A DNA stretch of 64,000 bases from contig OY970194.1 of assembly GCA_963708075.1 (NCBI GenBank), positions 4,160,001-4,224,000 of the forward strand, written 5' to 3'. The notes under the pieces are model-generated. The model saw only the letters and a program-made list of their open reading frames with translations, was not told the DNA's origin and ran no database searches. A program made the position numbers and the translations under genes. This DNA comes from Sedimentisphaerales bacterium (lineage in GTDB: Bacteria > Planctomycetota > Phycisphaerae > Sedimentisphaerales > Anaerobacaceae). Positions 44,518 to 58,716 of the stretch are shown in pieces. Position 1 is the stretch's first letter, and the number at the start of each line of letters is the position of its first letter.

Positions 44518-45904
44518 ATGAGACATTTGTTCCGCAGGCTGGTCATTGCGCTCGTTCTGGTGGCGGCCGTGGGCGGCTCGGCCGCGTGGTACATCCGCCG
44601 CGATAACGCCGAGGCGGTCTCATTCCGCACGGCCACGGTTACCCGCGGCGACCTGGTGGTGACCATCGGGGCTACCGGCACAGTAGAGCCGGAGGAGGTC
44701 ATCGACGTCGGCGCTCAAGTCGCCGGGCAGATCATCTCGTTCGGCAAGGACGCCAACGGCGACACCGTGGATTATACCTCGCCTGTCGAGCCCAACATGG
44801 TGCTGGCCCAGATCGACGATACCCTCTATCGTGCTCAGGCCGCCGAGGCAGCCGCCCAGGTCCAGCAGGCGCAAGCCGCCGTGCAGACGGCGCAGGCCAA
44901 CTTCAAGCAGAACCAGGCCAAGCTCTACCAGGCCCAGCGCGACTGGGATCGGGCGCAGAAGCTCGGGCCGGCATCGGAAGCCCTGGCGCAGACCACGTAT
45001 GATAGTTACCGGTCGGCCTTCGAGATCGCCCAGGCGAATATCGCCGTCAGCCAGGCCGACATCGCCCAGGCCCAGGCGTCGCTTGCCCAATCCCAGGCGG
45101 TCCAGCAGCGCGCCCAGCGCAACCTGGACTATTGCACGATCAAGTCTCCGGTCAAGGGCGTGATCATCGATCGCCGGGTCAACGCGGGTCAAACAGTGGT
45201 CGCGAGCCTCAACGCCCCGAGCCTGTTTCTGCTGGCCAAGGACCTGACGCACATGCGAGTGTGGGTAGCCGTCAATGAGGCGGATATCGGCAAGATCAAA
45301 TCGGGCCAGCCGGTGAGTTTCACTGTTGATGCGTTCCCGGGCGAAACCTTCAAGGGCGAGGTGGCCAAGGTCCGGTTCAACGCCTCCATGACGCAGAATG
45401 TCGTCACGTATACCACGGAAATCACCACGGACAACTCCAGCGGCCGGCTGCTGCCCTACCTGACGGCGAACGTGAAGTTCGAGCTCAACCGGTTCAACAG
45501 TGTTCTGATGGTACCGAACGCGGCGTTGCGCTGGACGCCGTCGGCCGAGCAGATCGACCCGGGTGTCCGCGATTCGTTCAAAGCGCGGCTGGCGGACTCC
45601 AAACGCCCCGGCGCCAATCCGCCATCGCGAGGTCCGCAATCCCCGTCGGCTTCCGAGAACCGGCTCCAGCCGGGGCACCCTCTGGGCCGTAGAAGGCAAA
45701 TACGTCAGGCCCATCCCCGTGCGGGTAGGCCCGAGCGATAACCTGATGACGGAGGTACAGGGGGACGGCGTCGTGGAAGGCTTGCAGATCGTCACGGGCG
45801 TGCAGGCGCAGGCTGCCGCTCAAAGCACGGACACCACCAACCCGTTCGCCCCGCGATTCCCGCGAAGACCGAGCGGCGGCGCCGGCGGCCCGCCACCACG
45901 CTGA
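44518..45904 (+). CDS. MacA-like efflux periplasmic adaptor (frameshift near 45665)
   Basis: VGAQVAGQI, IKSPVKGVII, GQTVVASLNAPSLF, VNEADIG. The C-terminus continues in ORF 45563..45904 (GTLWAVEGKYVRPIPVRVG). Confidence 0.9.
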
Positions 45905-45933
45905 CAGCCGGCCTTGAGGGAGCAGACGCAGCC

Positions 45934-46658
45934 ATGGAATTCATTGAACTGCATGATATCCACAAGACCTATTACATCGGCGACATTGATGTGCCGGTGC
46001 TCAAGGGCGTTTCGCTGACCGTCTCGCGCGGCGAGATGGTCGCGCTGATGGGCGCATCCGGGTCGGGCAAGAGCACCCTGATGAACATCCTGGGCTGCCT
46101 GGACCGGCCGACCTCCGGCGAGTACTGGCTTGAAGGCGAGGACGTATCGCGGCTGTCCTCCGATCAGCGGGCCATGGTCCGCAATCGCAAGCTCGGGTTC
46201 GTCTTCCAGAACTTCAACCTGCTGCCGCGGACCAGCGCCCTGGAGAACGTGGCGATGCCGCTGACCTACACGTCCGATCTGTCCGACCGCCAGGCTCGGC
46301 ATCGTGCCCGGGAGGTGCTGGTGCGGGTCGGGCTGGCCGACCGGCTCGACCACGAGCCATCGCAGCTTTCCGGCGGCCAGCAGCAGCGCGTGGCGATCGC
46401 CCGTGCACTGGTGAACCACCCCCCGCTGCTGTTCGCCGATGAGCCCACGGGCAACCTCGATTCGCACACCAGCGAGGAAATCCTCCGCATGTTCGTCGAA
46501 CTCAACGACGCTGACGGCATTACCATCATCATGGTCACGCACGACGCGGATGTGGCCAGGCACGCCCGGCGGATCATTCACATCCACGACGGCGTGATCG
46601 TCGACGGCCCCGGCGAGCCGGACGCGCACCCTGCGGCCGCCGGGACGGGAGATACAAC

Positions 46659-46662
<4 letters not shown>
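45934..46662 (+). CDS. MacB/LolD-type ABC ATP-binding protein
   Basis: [36 protein letters not shown]. Confidence 0.96.
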
Positions 46663-48027
<1,365 letters not shown>

Positions 48028-48149
48028 GGCTGATGGCAAATGGCTTTCTCGCAACCGGTCATGAGCCCGGGTGGCAGCGGCAAGCGCAGCTTGCCGATGG
48101 CGGACAGTCAGACGCGTTAGTGCCGGACATCAGGCAAGGGGAGTTGATC

Positions 48150-49607
48150 ATGCACGAACCGTTGCGGTGTGATGGAAGCGTGAGCCGGGTCGCCTGGCCT
48201 GCGCTTCAATCCTTATATGTGTACACATCCTGTCTTGTATTGCTGGCCGGCTGCAAGGTGGGCCCGAACTTCAAGCCGCCGCAGACGCCGGTCCCGCAGG
48301 AGTGGACCGGTCCCCTGCCGCCGTCGCCTGCCGAGGCCGGGCAGGACCTCGCGTCGTGGTGGACGCAATTCGACGACCCGACGCTGACCTCACTCGTGGA
48401 TAGCGCCATCGAATCCAATCTGGACCTGCAACTGGCGCAAGTGCGGATTCGCCAGGCGCGTGCCGCTCGCGGGGTTGCCGCCTCCGGCCTGGGTCCGAGC
48501 GTCAATGCGACCGGCTCCTTCCGTCGCGGCCAGTCGCCCGGATTGGCCGGGGCCAATACCTTCGGGCCGACGACGAACCTGTACCAGGCCGGCTTCGATG
48601 CGGCCTGGGAACTGGACGTTTTCGGTGGCGTGCGGCGCAGCGTCGAGGCTGCCAACGCCGATCTCCAGGCCTTCGTCGAGGCCCGGCGAAACACCTTAGT
48701 GACGCTCACGGCCGAGGTGGCCCTCAACTACATGGACCTGCGCTCCCTGCAACAGGAGATCACCATCGCCCAGGAGAACCTCAAAGCCCAGCAACACAGC
48801 GCCGACCTGACCCGCCAGCGATTCGAGGGCGGGTTCGTCAGCGGCCTCGACGTCGCCAACGCACGGGCCCAGGTGGCGACCACGGCCGCTCAGATCCCCG
48901 TCCTGGAGACCTCCGCCCGGCAGACGATTTACAGCCTCAGCGTCCTGTTAGGCCGCGAGCCCGGGGCCCTACTGGCGGACTTGTCGGCCGCAGCGCCCAT
49001 CCCCGCGACACCGCCGGCTGTCCCCGTGGGCGTCCCTTCCGAGCTGCTCCGCCGTCGCCCGGACATCCGCCAGGCCGAGGCCCAGATTCACGGCGCCACC
49101 GCCCGCATCGGCGTGGCCGTCGCGGACCTCTTCCCGCGATTGTCCCTGTCGGCCGCGATCGGCAGAGAAGGAAACAAGTTCAGCTCGCTAAGCGATGCGG
49201 TCAACCGCTTCTGGTCGTTTGGCCCCTCAGCGAGCTGGAACATTTTCGCCACCGGCCGCAACCTCTCCAACATCGAGCTGCAAAGGGCCCTGGAGGAAGA
49301 ATCGCTGATCACATATCGACAGATCGTCCTGGCCGCTCTGCAGGAAGTGGAAAACGCGTTGATCGCCTCCGCCAAAGAACAGGAGCATCGCACGGCCCTG
49401 ATCGACGCGGTCACCGCCAATCGACGAGCCGTGCAACTGGCCACCGAGCTCTACACGCAGGGCCAGACCGACTTCCTCAACGTCTTGAATGCTCAGCGCT
49501 CCCTCTACATCTCCGAGGATGCCCTCGCCCAGAGCACCCGCACAGTCTCGACGAACCTCGTCGCCCTCTACAAAGCCCTCGGCGGCGGCTGGCAACCGGA
49601 AGAATAG
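48150..49607 (+). CDS. NodT/OprM-family outer membrane efflux lipoprotein
   Basis: Lipobox VLLAGC-KVGPNF, WWTQFDDPTL, AAWELDVFG, LLRRRPDIRQAE, LYKALGGGW. Confidence 0.94.
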   Translation: MHEPLRCDGSVSRVAWPALQSLYVYTSCLVLLAGCKVGPNFKPPQTPVPQEWTGPLPPSPAEAGQDLASWWTQFDDPTLTSLVDSAIESNLDLQLAQVRIRQARAARGVAASGLGPSVNATGSFRRGQSPGLAGANTFGPTTNLYQAGFDAAWELDVFGGVRRSVEAANADLQAFVEARRNTLVTLTAEVALNYMDLRSLQQEITIAQENLKAQQHSADLTRQRFEGGFVSGLDVANARAQVATTAAQIPVLETSARQTIYSLSVLLGREPGALLADLSAAAPIPATPPAVPVGVPSELLRRRPDIRQAEAQIHGATARIGVAVADLFPRLSLSAAIGREGNKFSSLSDAVNRFWSFGPSASWNIFATGRNLSNIELQRALEEESLITYRQIVLAALQEVENALIASAKEQEHRTALIDAVTANRRAVQLATELYTQGQTDFLNVLNAQRSLYISEDALAQSTRTVSTNLVALYKALGGGWQPEE

Positions 49608-49773
49608 CAGGTCCCCCGAGCGGGCGCATAACAGGATTGTGACAGAGCAGGTATCGAGTTCCAGGGTGGCAGCGTCAAGCGCAGCTTGGCGATGGCCTGG
49701 TTGGGATGCCTTGCTTGATGAACGAGCAGCGATCCCTCTGACAAGTGGGAACTGACCACGGAGAACTGTCCAC

Positions 49774-50271
49774 TCACCTGGGTGTCACGCGAATCTTGAT
49801 CATCGCCACCAGGAGGGACTTCTTGCCCGCCGGCAGATTGTCGAGCCGGGCGTTCTTGACCTCGGCGCACAGCGTGGCCATGCCGAACGGGGGGCTGATG
49901 TCGGGGGGATCGACGGAGCAGGAGTACTCCCCCGGCACGACGCCTGTCGGCTCGATGGAGCAGGTCACCGTCAGATCGAACGTGCACATCACGATCAGGG
50001 GGCTGCAACCCCTGTAAGTCCCCTCGTCCACCCGCTCCAGCCTGACCGCCGAAGCCCCGAGGAGAAACTTGTAGACTCCCACGACGTCCATGACGACAGG
50101 TATTTCCAGGTCCGGGATCGTCTGTTCGACGAAGACGCACGGCCAGTCATGCGTCTTGATCTCCCCCGCGCTGCAGGCCATCGCCACAGCCATCATCACG
50201 GCCAGGACAGCTCCCGCCGTCGCAGCGTGACACGCCGTGATCGAAGTCCCTCGCTCGGAATGTCCCTTCAT
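49774..50271 (-). CDS. Putative secreted hypothetical protein
   Basis: Signal-like AVLAVMMAVAMACSAG followed by a beta-rich, Cys-containing domain; coding-like codon usage. Confidence 0.6.
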   Translation of the reverse strand: MKGHSERGTSITACHAATAGAVLAVMMAVAMACSAGEIKTHDWPCVFVEQTIPDLEIPVVMDVVGVYKFLLGASAVRLERVDEGTYRGCSPLIVMCTFDLTVTCSIEPTGVVPGEYSCSVDPPDISPPFGMATLCAEVKNARLDNLPAGKKSLLVAMIKIRVTPR

Positions 50272-50724
50272 CACCCTGCCCTCTATCCCGCCAAACCCGC
50301 CTGCCCACGGCTCCTTCCCGAAATCCGCCCGACATGCCGCTCCTCCCATGAGGACATATCCAACCAAGAATAATTGTAGCCCCCCCCACCCCCCTTGTCA
50401 ATGGCAGTCCAAATCTTCTTGGCCACAGAGAGCCTGCCCTCGCGAAGGCGGGGGTCACAGAGCACACAGAGAAAATGGAACCGTTGATGAACGCTGATGA
50501 ACGCAGATTTTCAACCGTGAACCGGCAACTGCAAACAGGGATCGGTGATCAGGGCTCAGAACCAATCGGTCCTGCTGCCCCCTGGCCCCTGACCCCTGAC
50601 ACCTCCCTCTTTGAACCGCGGGGGACGCAGAGCCACGCGGAGGAAATGAACTGTGCACGGCGTCGGCGAGAGCCGGTAGCGTGGACTCCGCCCACCGCCT
50701 TGTCTCGAAAACTGGGGTCCGTCC

Positions 50725-50892
50725 CTAGTATCCCAGTCGTCGAACTGGTGCAGAAAACGAGTCAATTCCGGTTTGATCTGCATGATCGTATTGGCGTCCA
50801 TACCGATGACCTCCCAACGGAACTTCCGTTCCTATCGGATCATCGGATGGCTGCTTAGATTTTCTTGAGCTTTCGTAGCGTTATAGTACTAG
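50725..50892 (-). mobile_element. Internally deleted IS701-family mini-element
   Basis: CTAG at both ends (50725-28 and 50889-92). GGAGG RBS plus MDANTIMQIKPELTRFLHQFDD (starts 50801) resembles IS701 transposase N-termini. Confidence 0.65.
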
Positions 50893-50895
50893 TTT

Positions 50896-53538
50896 CTACC
50901 GCTCTTGGTGCTCTTCGTTTGGCGTTTCGGGAGTCCCATCCGAGTCTCCGTCCATGACATGATCAAGGTTAACCCCGAAGTAGGCCGCATACTGACTACT
51001 TGGTACATCATCGGGAGTGTCTTCCGCACGATTCTCCTGAAGACGTCGTTCTATGTACTCCCTATCGGCACGGAACTTCTCTTGAATGAGAGGCATGAAT
51101 TGACAACCCAGGCCTCCTCGCACGGGCGCAAGATTATATGCATCGAACTCCCTCTTCTCTTCATCTGCCAGGTAATCCAGGAATCGCTGTGTACGAGAAA
51201 ACCGAACCTGCATTCGCTGGTATTTCTCATGCTCGCGATCAGCCAAGTTGTTTACTTCGTAGACAGACTGGCGTAGCGCGCGTTCGAGGGACGCATCGTT
51301 CAATGGAGTATCCTGGAGAACAAGATCCAGGTATGCAAAGATCCGGCTCAGATGTGTCATGTAATACCAACCCGACGCGGTAACGCGCACATGACTTGCT
51401 CCGGCGACAGTAACAGTCGAGCGAGTGTTCACTTCGATCAGTTGCTTGTTGACAAGCCGATCCAGCGTGTTTGTCACATCACACACATTATCAAATACGT
51501 CAGCAAAGGCACCCACGCACCTCGAGAGTTCTACGTAACCCTGTCCCTCCGGATTTGACTCACTCCTGCGCTCGAGCAACGTGGCTAGTATCCGCATCGC
51601 GGTGAAATGACTGGAGTTCTTTTCGGCCGTACAATTGAACAGATTCAAGATAGGGCTCTGCTCCTCCTTGTAGTACGCCCTATCCTGCAACATTATCGAC
51701 TTCAAAAACTCGTGAAAGGCGACGCAGTAAGTGCCATCTCGACGGTAGATCAGGAGCATCTTGTCCACGTCAGTTGCTCCTGATGTGAGGAATGTCGCGA
51801 ACATTTGGAGAGCAAGTCTCATGTTGCCGAAGCATAAGCATTCAACAAGCAGTGATATTCTCCGACTCCATTTGAATATGCTGGTCTGGACAATCCGAAA
51901 GAATTCACACACATCACGAGCATCGAAGCTATGGTCCTGCAGGACAGTCCGCATCAACCTGCTCTCTTGGGTCCCAATTGCACGTATTGCATATTCGATC
52001 CGGTTCTCGATCATTGGACGAAACCGAGGGGAGGCTATGTGAAACTTGTGGCTTGTATAGGCACTGAACGCCCTCTGGATGGTTGGTGCGTAGTATGACT
52101 CCTCCCGCAATGCAATTATCGTTACGCAGCCTGCCACTCTGGCAATCCGTTGAGCCAATAGAAATATCTGGGCCTGGTACTCGGGATCAAGCTGGTCTAC
52201 ATTGTCTGCAAAGAGGACAACGGACTTCCCCTTCACGACACTCGCATACTTCAGGAGTTTGGGTACGTAGTCCGAGAGATCCTCTTGCCACTGTAACAAG
52301 TATGTGCTGATAGCATCTTCGTATTCTTCCGTGTGATTGCGGATACCCCTCAGTGCAGTTCGCTCAAGATTCGTTAGCTTGTCCTTGAAGATCTTCTTGA
52401 GGTAGCGACGTTCTTCTATGCCGTCGCTGCTGTAATTGGCCCTCACTATGTCGAGTACATGAGACCATACAAATGACTCCAGCATGACCGGATCAAGTGG
52501 AGCGTTCAGAAAGTCTACATGAAAGGTATAGCTTTTCCGGTCAAGTAGCTCTTTGGCCAGTAGGTTTTCGTACCGCCTCAAGAATGTAGTTTTTCCTGAA
52601 CCTACACCGCCCAAGAGTAAGTACAACTCACCTCTCCTGTCCCGAATAGCATTTTCCAACTGCTCGCCGAATTTGCCCACGTCATCGGCCGTCTGGCTTA
52701 TGGCTACAGCGCCCTCGTCGAGCAAAGGTTGTGGAATTGCATCGGTGATTACAACGTTCAAGTCCTCCGCGACTACCCGAAGGCTCTGGTTGTGTACATA
52801 ACACGATTGGAGAAGGTCAGGGTCCCCTTGGGCCGCTATGTCCTCGAAGAAGTACTTCGTTATGGGTTGAAGCTGCCCATTCAGTCTGTTCCTGCGCAGC
52901 GGCAGGTCGGCATTGAAGAGGCGAGTAACTACGCGCGCGAGGCTTCTCGAACTAGGTAATCCGCGACCAAATGCGTCCTCAAGAGAACCTTTGCATATCG
53001 CCGAATAGGAGAGGAGGTTCCAAAACTCAACGAAATGATCGCGAATATACTCCATGGAAGGGAACACACGAGCACGCCCTTCGCGCCATGGGATATCATC
53101 TCGAATGGCTCGGAATACCAGCCATGTGTACCCATTCGTTGCCACAGCGTATCTTATCGCTCCATCATCGCAGTATTGGCGAACCTGATAGATTGCCTTT
53201 TTAACTTCGGGGTCCGTGACTAGCACACCATTCAATTTTAGAGACCGCCCCGAGACGTTGAGCGGCAAGACAAATGAAGTCCCCTCCCGTTTTGCCTCAA
53301 CAGCTATAGTAGACACACCGCGGATACGTAATTGGTAATCGGTGTGTCCCGATTCGACGGCATCCTCTCTACTGATTGCCTCTTCTGGCCACTGGCAGAC
53401 CTCCTTCAGTACTCTATCTATGCATTTGACTCTCGTGTCAGTTTCGCTAGCTGCGCCTCTCCTCTGGAGAAATGACCTAAAGTCAGAAATAATGCCTTCA
53501 AGCAACTTGAGCGATTCGTCCACCGAATGATGCACCAT
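50896..53538 (-). CDS. HsdR-N-like PD-(D/E)xK nuclease fused to a P-loop NTPase (~880 aa), candidate defence protein
   Basis: SETDTRVKCIDRVL, HTDYQL, VEAKR, QVRQYC, AVATNG; Walker A GGVGSGKTT; Walker B VVLFADNVDQ. Lower GC; GAGG RBS before ATG 53538. Confidence 0.8.
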   Translation of the reverse strand: MVHHSVDESLKLLEGIISDFRSFLQRRGAASETDTRVKCIDRVLKEVCQWPEEAISREDAVESGHTDYQLRIRGVSTIAVEAKREGTSFVLPLNVSGRSLKLNGVLVTDPEVKKAIYQVRQYCDDGAIRYAVATNGYTWLVFRAIRDDIPWREGRARVFPSMEYIRDHFVEFWNLLSYSAICKGSLEDAFGRGLPSSRSLARVVTRLFNADLPLRRNRLNGQLQPITKYFFEDIAAQGDPDLLQSCYVHNQSLRVVAEDLNVVITDAIPQPLLDEGAVAISQTADDVGKFGEQLENAIRDRRGELYLLLGGVGSGKTTFLRRYENLLAKELLDRKSYTFHVDFLNAPLDPVMLESFVWSHVLDIVRANYSSDGIEERRYLKKIFKDKLTNLERTALRGIRNHTEEYEDAISTYLLQWQEDLSDYVPKLLKYASVVKGKSVVLFADNVDQLDPEYQAQIFLLAQRIARVAGCVTIIALREESYYAPTIQRAFSAYTSHKFHIASPRFRPMIENRIEYAIRAIGTQESRLMRTVLQDHSFDARDVCEFFRIVQTSIFKWSRRISLLVECLCFGNMRLALQMFATFLTSGATDVDKMLLIYRRDGTYCVAFHEFLKSIMLQDRAYYKEEQSPILNLFNCTAEKNSSHFTAMRILATLLERRSESNPEGQGYVELSRCVGAFADVFDNVCDVTNTLDRLVNKQLIEVNTRSTVTVAGASHVRVTASGWYYMTHLSRIFAYLDLVLQDTPLNDASLERALRQSVYEVNNLADREHEKYQRMQVRFSRTQRFLDYLADEEKREFDAYNLAPVRGGLGCQFMPLIQEKFRADREYIERRLQENRAEDTPDDVPSSQYAAYFGVNLDHVMDGDSDGTPETPNEEHQER

Positions 53539-53974
53539 AGTCAAGCCTCGCAACATGCCCGCAATCGCTTCTCGCGCGACCGTTTCACACCGACGGCCTT
53601 TTGCTCTGAGTACAGATACCATGAATGACTTCTGCAGATTACACCGGATGAGTGGCACGATCAAGGAAAAACTCAAGCCTTTGGGGGATATCTGAGGGAA
53701 AACGGGGACCGTCACTATTTCCGTCTTCTCCCATCTCATTTATCCCTCGGCCTTCGCACCTTCATGGCCATCGAAGACATTTCGGCCTCACCACATCGAT
53801 CCGACCCGCGACGGGCCATTCGAAATGCGGAACTCGGAATGCGGAGTGCGGAATGACAAGCAGGGATCGGGGTCAGGGAATCAGGCGGGTTCTTACCTTC
53901 CTGCGTTCTTACCCTCTTACTTTCCATGCTTTATTCTCCGTGGTCTCCGTGACCTTCGTGGTGAAGAACAAGGA

Positions 53975-54214
53975 TCGGTGGGCGAAGCCCTCGTTGTTCT
54001 ACACATCTTTCAAGATAGTCCCGCAAGGACGGCCGCTCATAGCCCACCGTTTCAACGGTGGGTACGAAAGTCCGAAACCATACCAAGCCCCGTAGGGGCG
54101 AAAGAAAGGCGCCGGCCGAGGGTGTTCTTTCGTCCCGGACGGGACTCGTTTTGTGTGCGGCCCCTGTCCCCAGCGATCAATCGCTGGGCTATGATCTTTC
54201 GCCCTGCGGGCTTG
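53975..54214. repeat. ~240-bp composite palindromic repeat, inverted copy at 55196-55440
   Basis: AGCCCACCGTTTCAACGGTGGG, GCCCCGTAGGGGCGAAAGAA, GTCCCGGACGGGAC and CCCAGCGATCAATCGCTGGG all recur in reverse order and orientation. Confidence 0.85.
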
Positions 54215-54329
54215 CTTTGCGGCCGAAACATGGCATTTCTCATCAGAATCGCGGCTCTACCATCCCGAGATATGTAGAACAACGAGGGCGAAGCCCACCC
54301 TACCGGCTCTCGCCGAAGCCGTGCACGGT

Positions 54330-54437
54330 TTATCTTCTCCGCGTGCCTCCGCGTCCCTTGCCATGACGCATCTCGACAGCTTCGGTGGCGTAGTCCAGCA
54401 TGTGGCGGAGACGGGTCGTGTCGTCATGCCGCGTCAT
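54330..54437 (-). pseudogene. Truncated HEPN (DUF86) toxin
   Basis: [23 protein letters not shown] overlaps the MNT stop, then runs into repeat DNA and stops after 35 aa; no RxxxxH motif. Confidence 0.75.
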
Positions 54438-54726
54438 ACTGCACCTCTGCCTCGGCGAGTACTTCGTCACGAAAGTACTTGGACAGGAATCCGGCGGTGT
54501 TCAGGTCCACCTTACGCCCGAGGATTTCGGACAGCTCCTCCTCCATCGTGAAGAAGCGCAGCCCGACCCGCACATCGGGTTCGAATTCAACGAGGACATC
54601 GATATCGCTTTCGGGCGTGAAATCGTCGCGGAGCACCGAGCCGAACAACGCCAGTCGGCGAATGCGATTGCGCCGGCAGAACTCGGCGATTCGCTCTTTC
54701 GGAATGTCGATCGGTGCCTTGGCCAT
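54424..54726 (-). CDS. MNT minimal nucleotidyltransferase antitoxin
   Basis: [39 protein letters not shown]. Confidence 0.93.
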   Translation of the reverse strand: MAKAPIDIPKERIAEFCRRNRIRRLALFGSVLRDDFTPESDIDVLVEFEPDVRVGLRFFTMEEELSEILGRKVDLNTAGFLSKYFRDEVLAEAEVQYDAA

Positions 54727-54800
54727 ACACCTCTATCGTGCCATCGCGGCCGGTGATTGGGTAGCCAAAGTGATAGGATAGATCGGTGGGGCAAGCCCTG

Positions 54801-55161
54801 GGGATTTACGGTCTATGATTTGCGATTCACGATTGGGGAGGAGGCAGGGGAAGTGAGAAGTTTGAAGTGTGAAGTTTGATGTTTGAAGCGGGAGGTTTGA
54901 AGCGGAAGGTCTATCGGGGATTGCAGTTCTCTGCGTCTTGGCGTCCCCATTCGACTGCGCTCAGAGCCCGCCCTGAGCTTCGCCGAAGGGGCAGGTTCTG
55001 CGCGAGATAATCAAAGAGGATCGGTGTGCGGTGCACACCCTACGAAATCTGCGAAAATCTGCGTAATCTGCGGATAGAAGAGGCAGTTGCGAGGTGTTTT
55101 TGGCAGTTCTCGCCTGCGAATCCGCGTTTATCAGCGTTTATCAGCGGTTCCATTTTCTCTG
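54801..55161. repeat. ~350-bp composite repeat, inverted copy at 58991-59335
   Basis: Core 54904-55045 is nearly identical to the reverse complement of 59107-59248. Confidence 0.9.
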
Positions 55162-55195
55162 CGTGCCGGCGTCCCTGCGAGACAGTGGGCCCGAC

Positions 55196-55440
55196 CAAGC
55201 CTGCAGGGCGAAAGACCATAGCCCAGCGATTGATCGCTGGGGAACCAGGGCCGCAAACAAGAGGAGTCCCGTCAGGGACGAAAGAATGCGCCAAGGGTCG
55301 TGGCGGCTTTCTTTCGCCCCTGTGGGGCTTGGGGTGATTTCGGGCATTCGTACCCACCGTTGAAACGGTGGGCTATCATCATCCGTCCCTGCGGGACTAT
55401 CTTGACACATGTGTAGAATAACCAGGGGCAAGCCCCACCC
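55196..55440. repeat. Inverted copy of the 53975-54214 repeat
   Basis: Same hairpin modules as 53975-54214, reverse-complemented. Confidence 0.85.
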
Positions 55441-55633
55441 TACGGGCTTATCTTCTCACCTCCTTACGTTCTTACCGTCTGGCACCCATGTGCGGCAGGT
55501 CTGGGCGAGAACGAGCCGGGGGCGGGCGGCGTAATAGTGGGGGCGAGACCCTTGCTATGAAGGGGCGGATCTGGTAGGATGGTGCGGTTTCGATGCCATC
55601 GGAATGTCCTGGTGAATCCCGTGGAAAAAGGTC

Positions 55634-56903
55634 ATGGCAGAGAGTGCAGTTGGACAATTGCAGTGCGGCGAAAGGTTTCCGGCCGGTGCGGCTTCATGTG
55701 GCACCCCCGCCCTCGGGGGTGATCCCAGCCGGGGGCGGCTGGGCCACAGAGCGGGGCTGTATGTCCATGTGCCGTTCTGCCGGAGCAAGTGCCGGTACTG
55801 CGGGTTCTATTCCGTGCCATGTGGCACCCCCGCCCTCGGGGGTGATCCCAGCCGGGGGCGGCTGGGCCACACCGGGCGATTGACCGCCGCCCTGCTGCGG
55901 GAACTGGAGCGATATGACGGGGCCGAGTTCCGCACGGCCTATATCGGCGGGGGCAGCCCCACGGCGTTGCCCGCGGAACAACTGCTCGCGCTGGCTCGTA
56001 GAATTCGCGAGCGGTTCACGGGGATTGAGGAATTCACGGTCGAGTGCAATCCGGGGCAGGTGGAGCTTGGGCTTTTGGAGAGATTGCGGCAGGCGGGGGT
56101 AAACCGGCTGTCGTTCGGGGCACAATCGTTTCATCCGGCCGAGTTGCAATTGCTGGGGCGCGGGCATGGCGTCGAGGATATCGGCCGGGCTGTGGAGCTG
56201 GCGAGGCGAGCGGGGTTTGACAATGTCGGGCTGGACCTGATCTTTGCGATCCCGGGCTCGACGCTCGGCGACTGGCAATACAGCGTGGAGGCGGCGATCC
56301 GTTTGGGCGTGCAGCATGTGTCGGCTTATAGCCTCAGCTTCGAGACGGGGACAGTGTTCGACGCGTGGCGGCAGGCCGGGCGGCTGTGTGCCGTGGATGA
56401 GGAACTGGACCGGGCCATGTATGAGTGGGGCGTGGAGCGGCTGGGGGCGGCGGGGATCGAGCAGTATGAGATTTCCAACTTTGCCCGGCCGGGATTTGAG
56501 TGCCTGCACAACGTCGGGTACTGGGCCAACCGGCCGTTTGCCGGTGTCGGGCCGGGAGCGGCGTCCTGTGGGCGGGGCTGCAGGACGGCCAACGACCCGG
56601 ACATCGAGCGGTATGTGGCGGCGGTGGAGGCCGGCGAGGAGGTCCCGGGCGTGGTCCAGCCGGTAAATGATGAGGACGCGGTCTGTGAGACGGCGGTCCT
56701 GAACCTGCGGATGCGATCCGGGATCGACCTGGCCGAGTTTAGGCGGCGGACCGGGCGCGATGCGATGCAGACGTTCGCCGAGCCGATTCGGCGATACCGT
56801 GACCTGGGCCTGATCGAAGTCACGGACCGGGCGGTCCGGCTCACGCGCGCAGGCTCTGCCCATTGCGGACTCGATACTTTGCGATTTTTCGGCTCTTGAC
56901 TGA
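55634..56903 (+). CDS. hemW: Radical SAM heme chaperone HemW (HemN-like); 1-nt frameshift near 56850
   Basis: [45 protein letters not shown] and HNVGYW (HNxxYW). The corrected end is [15 protein letters not shown]. Confidence 0.92.
55697..55871. repeat. Two identical 52-bp double-hairpin REP-like elements within hemW
   Basis: TGTGGCACCCCCGCCCTCGGGGGTGATCCCAGCCGGGGGCGGCTGGGCCACA at 55697-55748 and 55820-55871. Confidence 0.93.
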
Positions 56904-56909
56904 GAGACT

Positions 56910-58716
<1,807 letters not shown>

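Noticed and set aside
53800..55480. Repeat clusters as a CRISPR array or integron attC array
   Set aside because: No constant repeat with unique equal-length spacers, no cas or intI gene, and no consistent RYYYAAC/GTTRRRY boxes.
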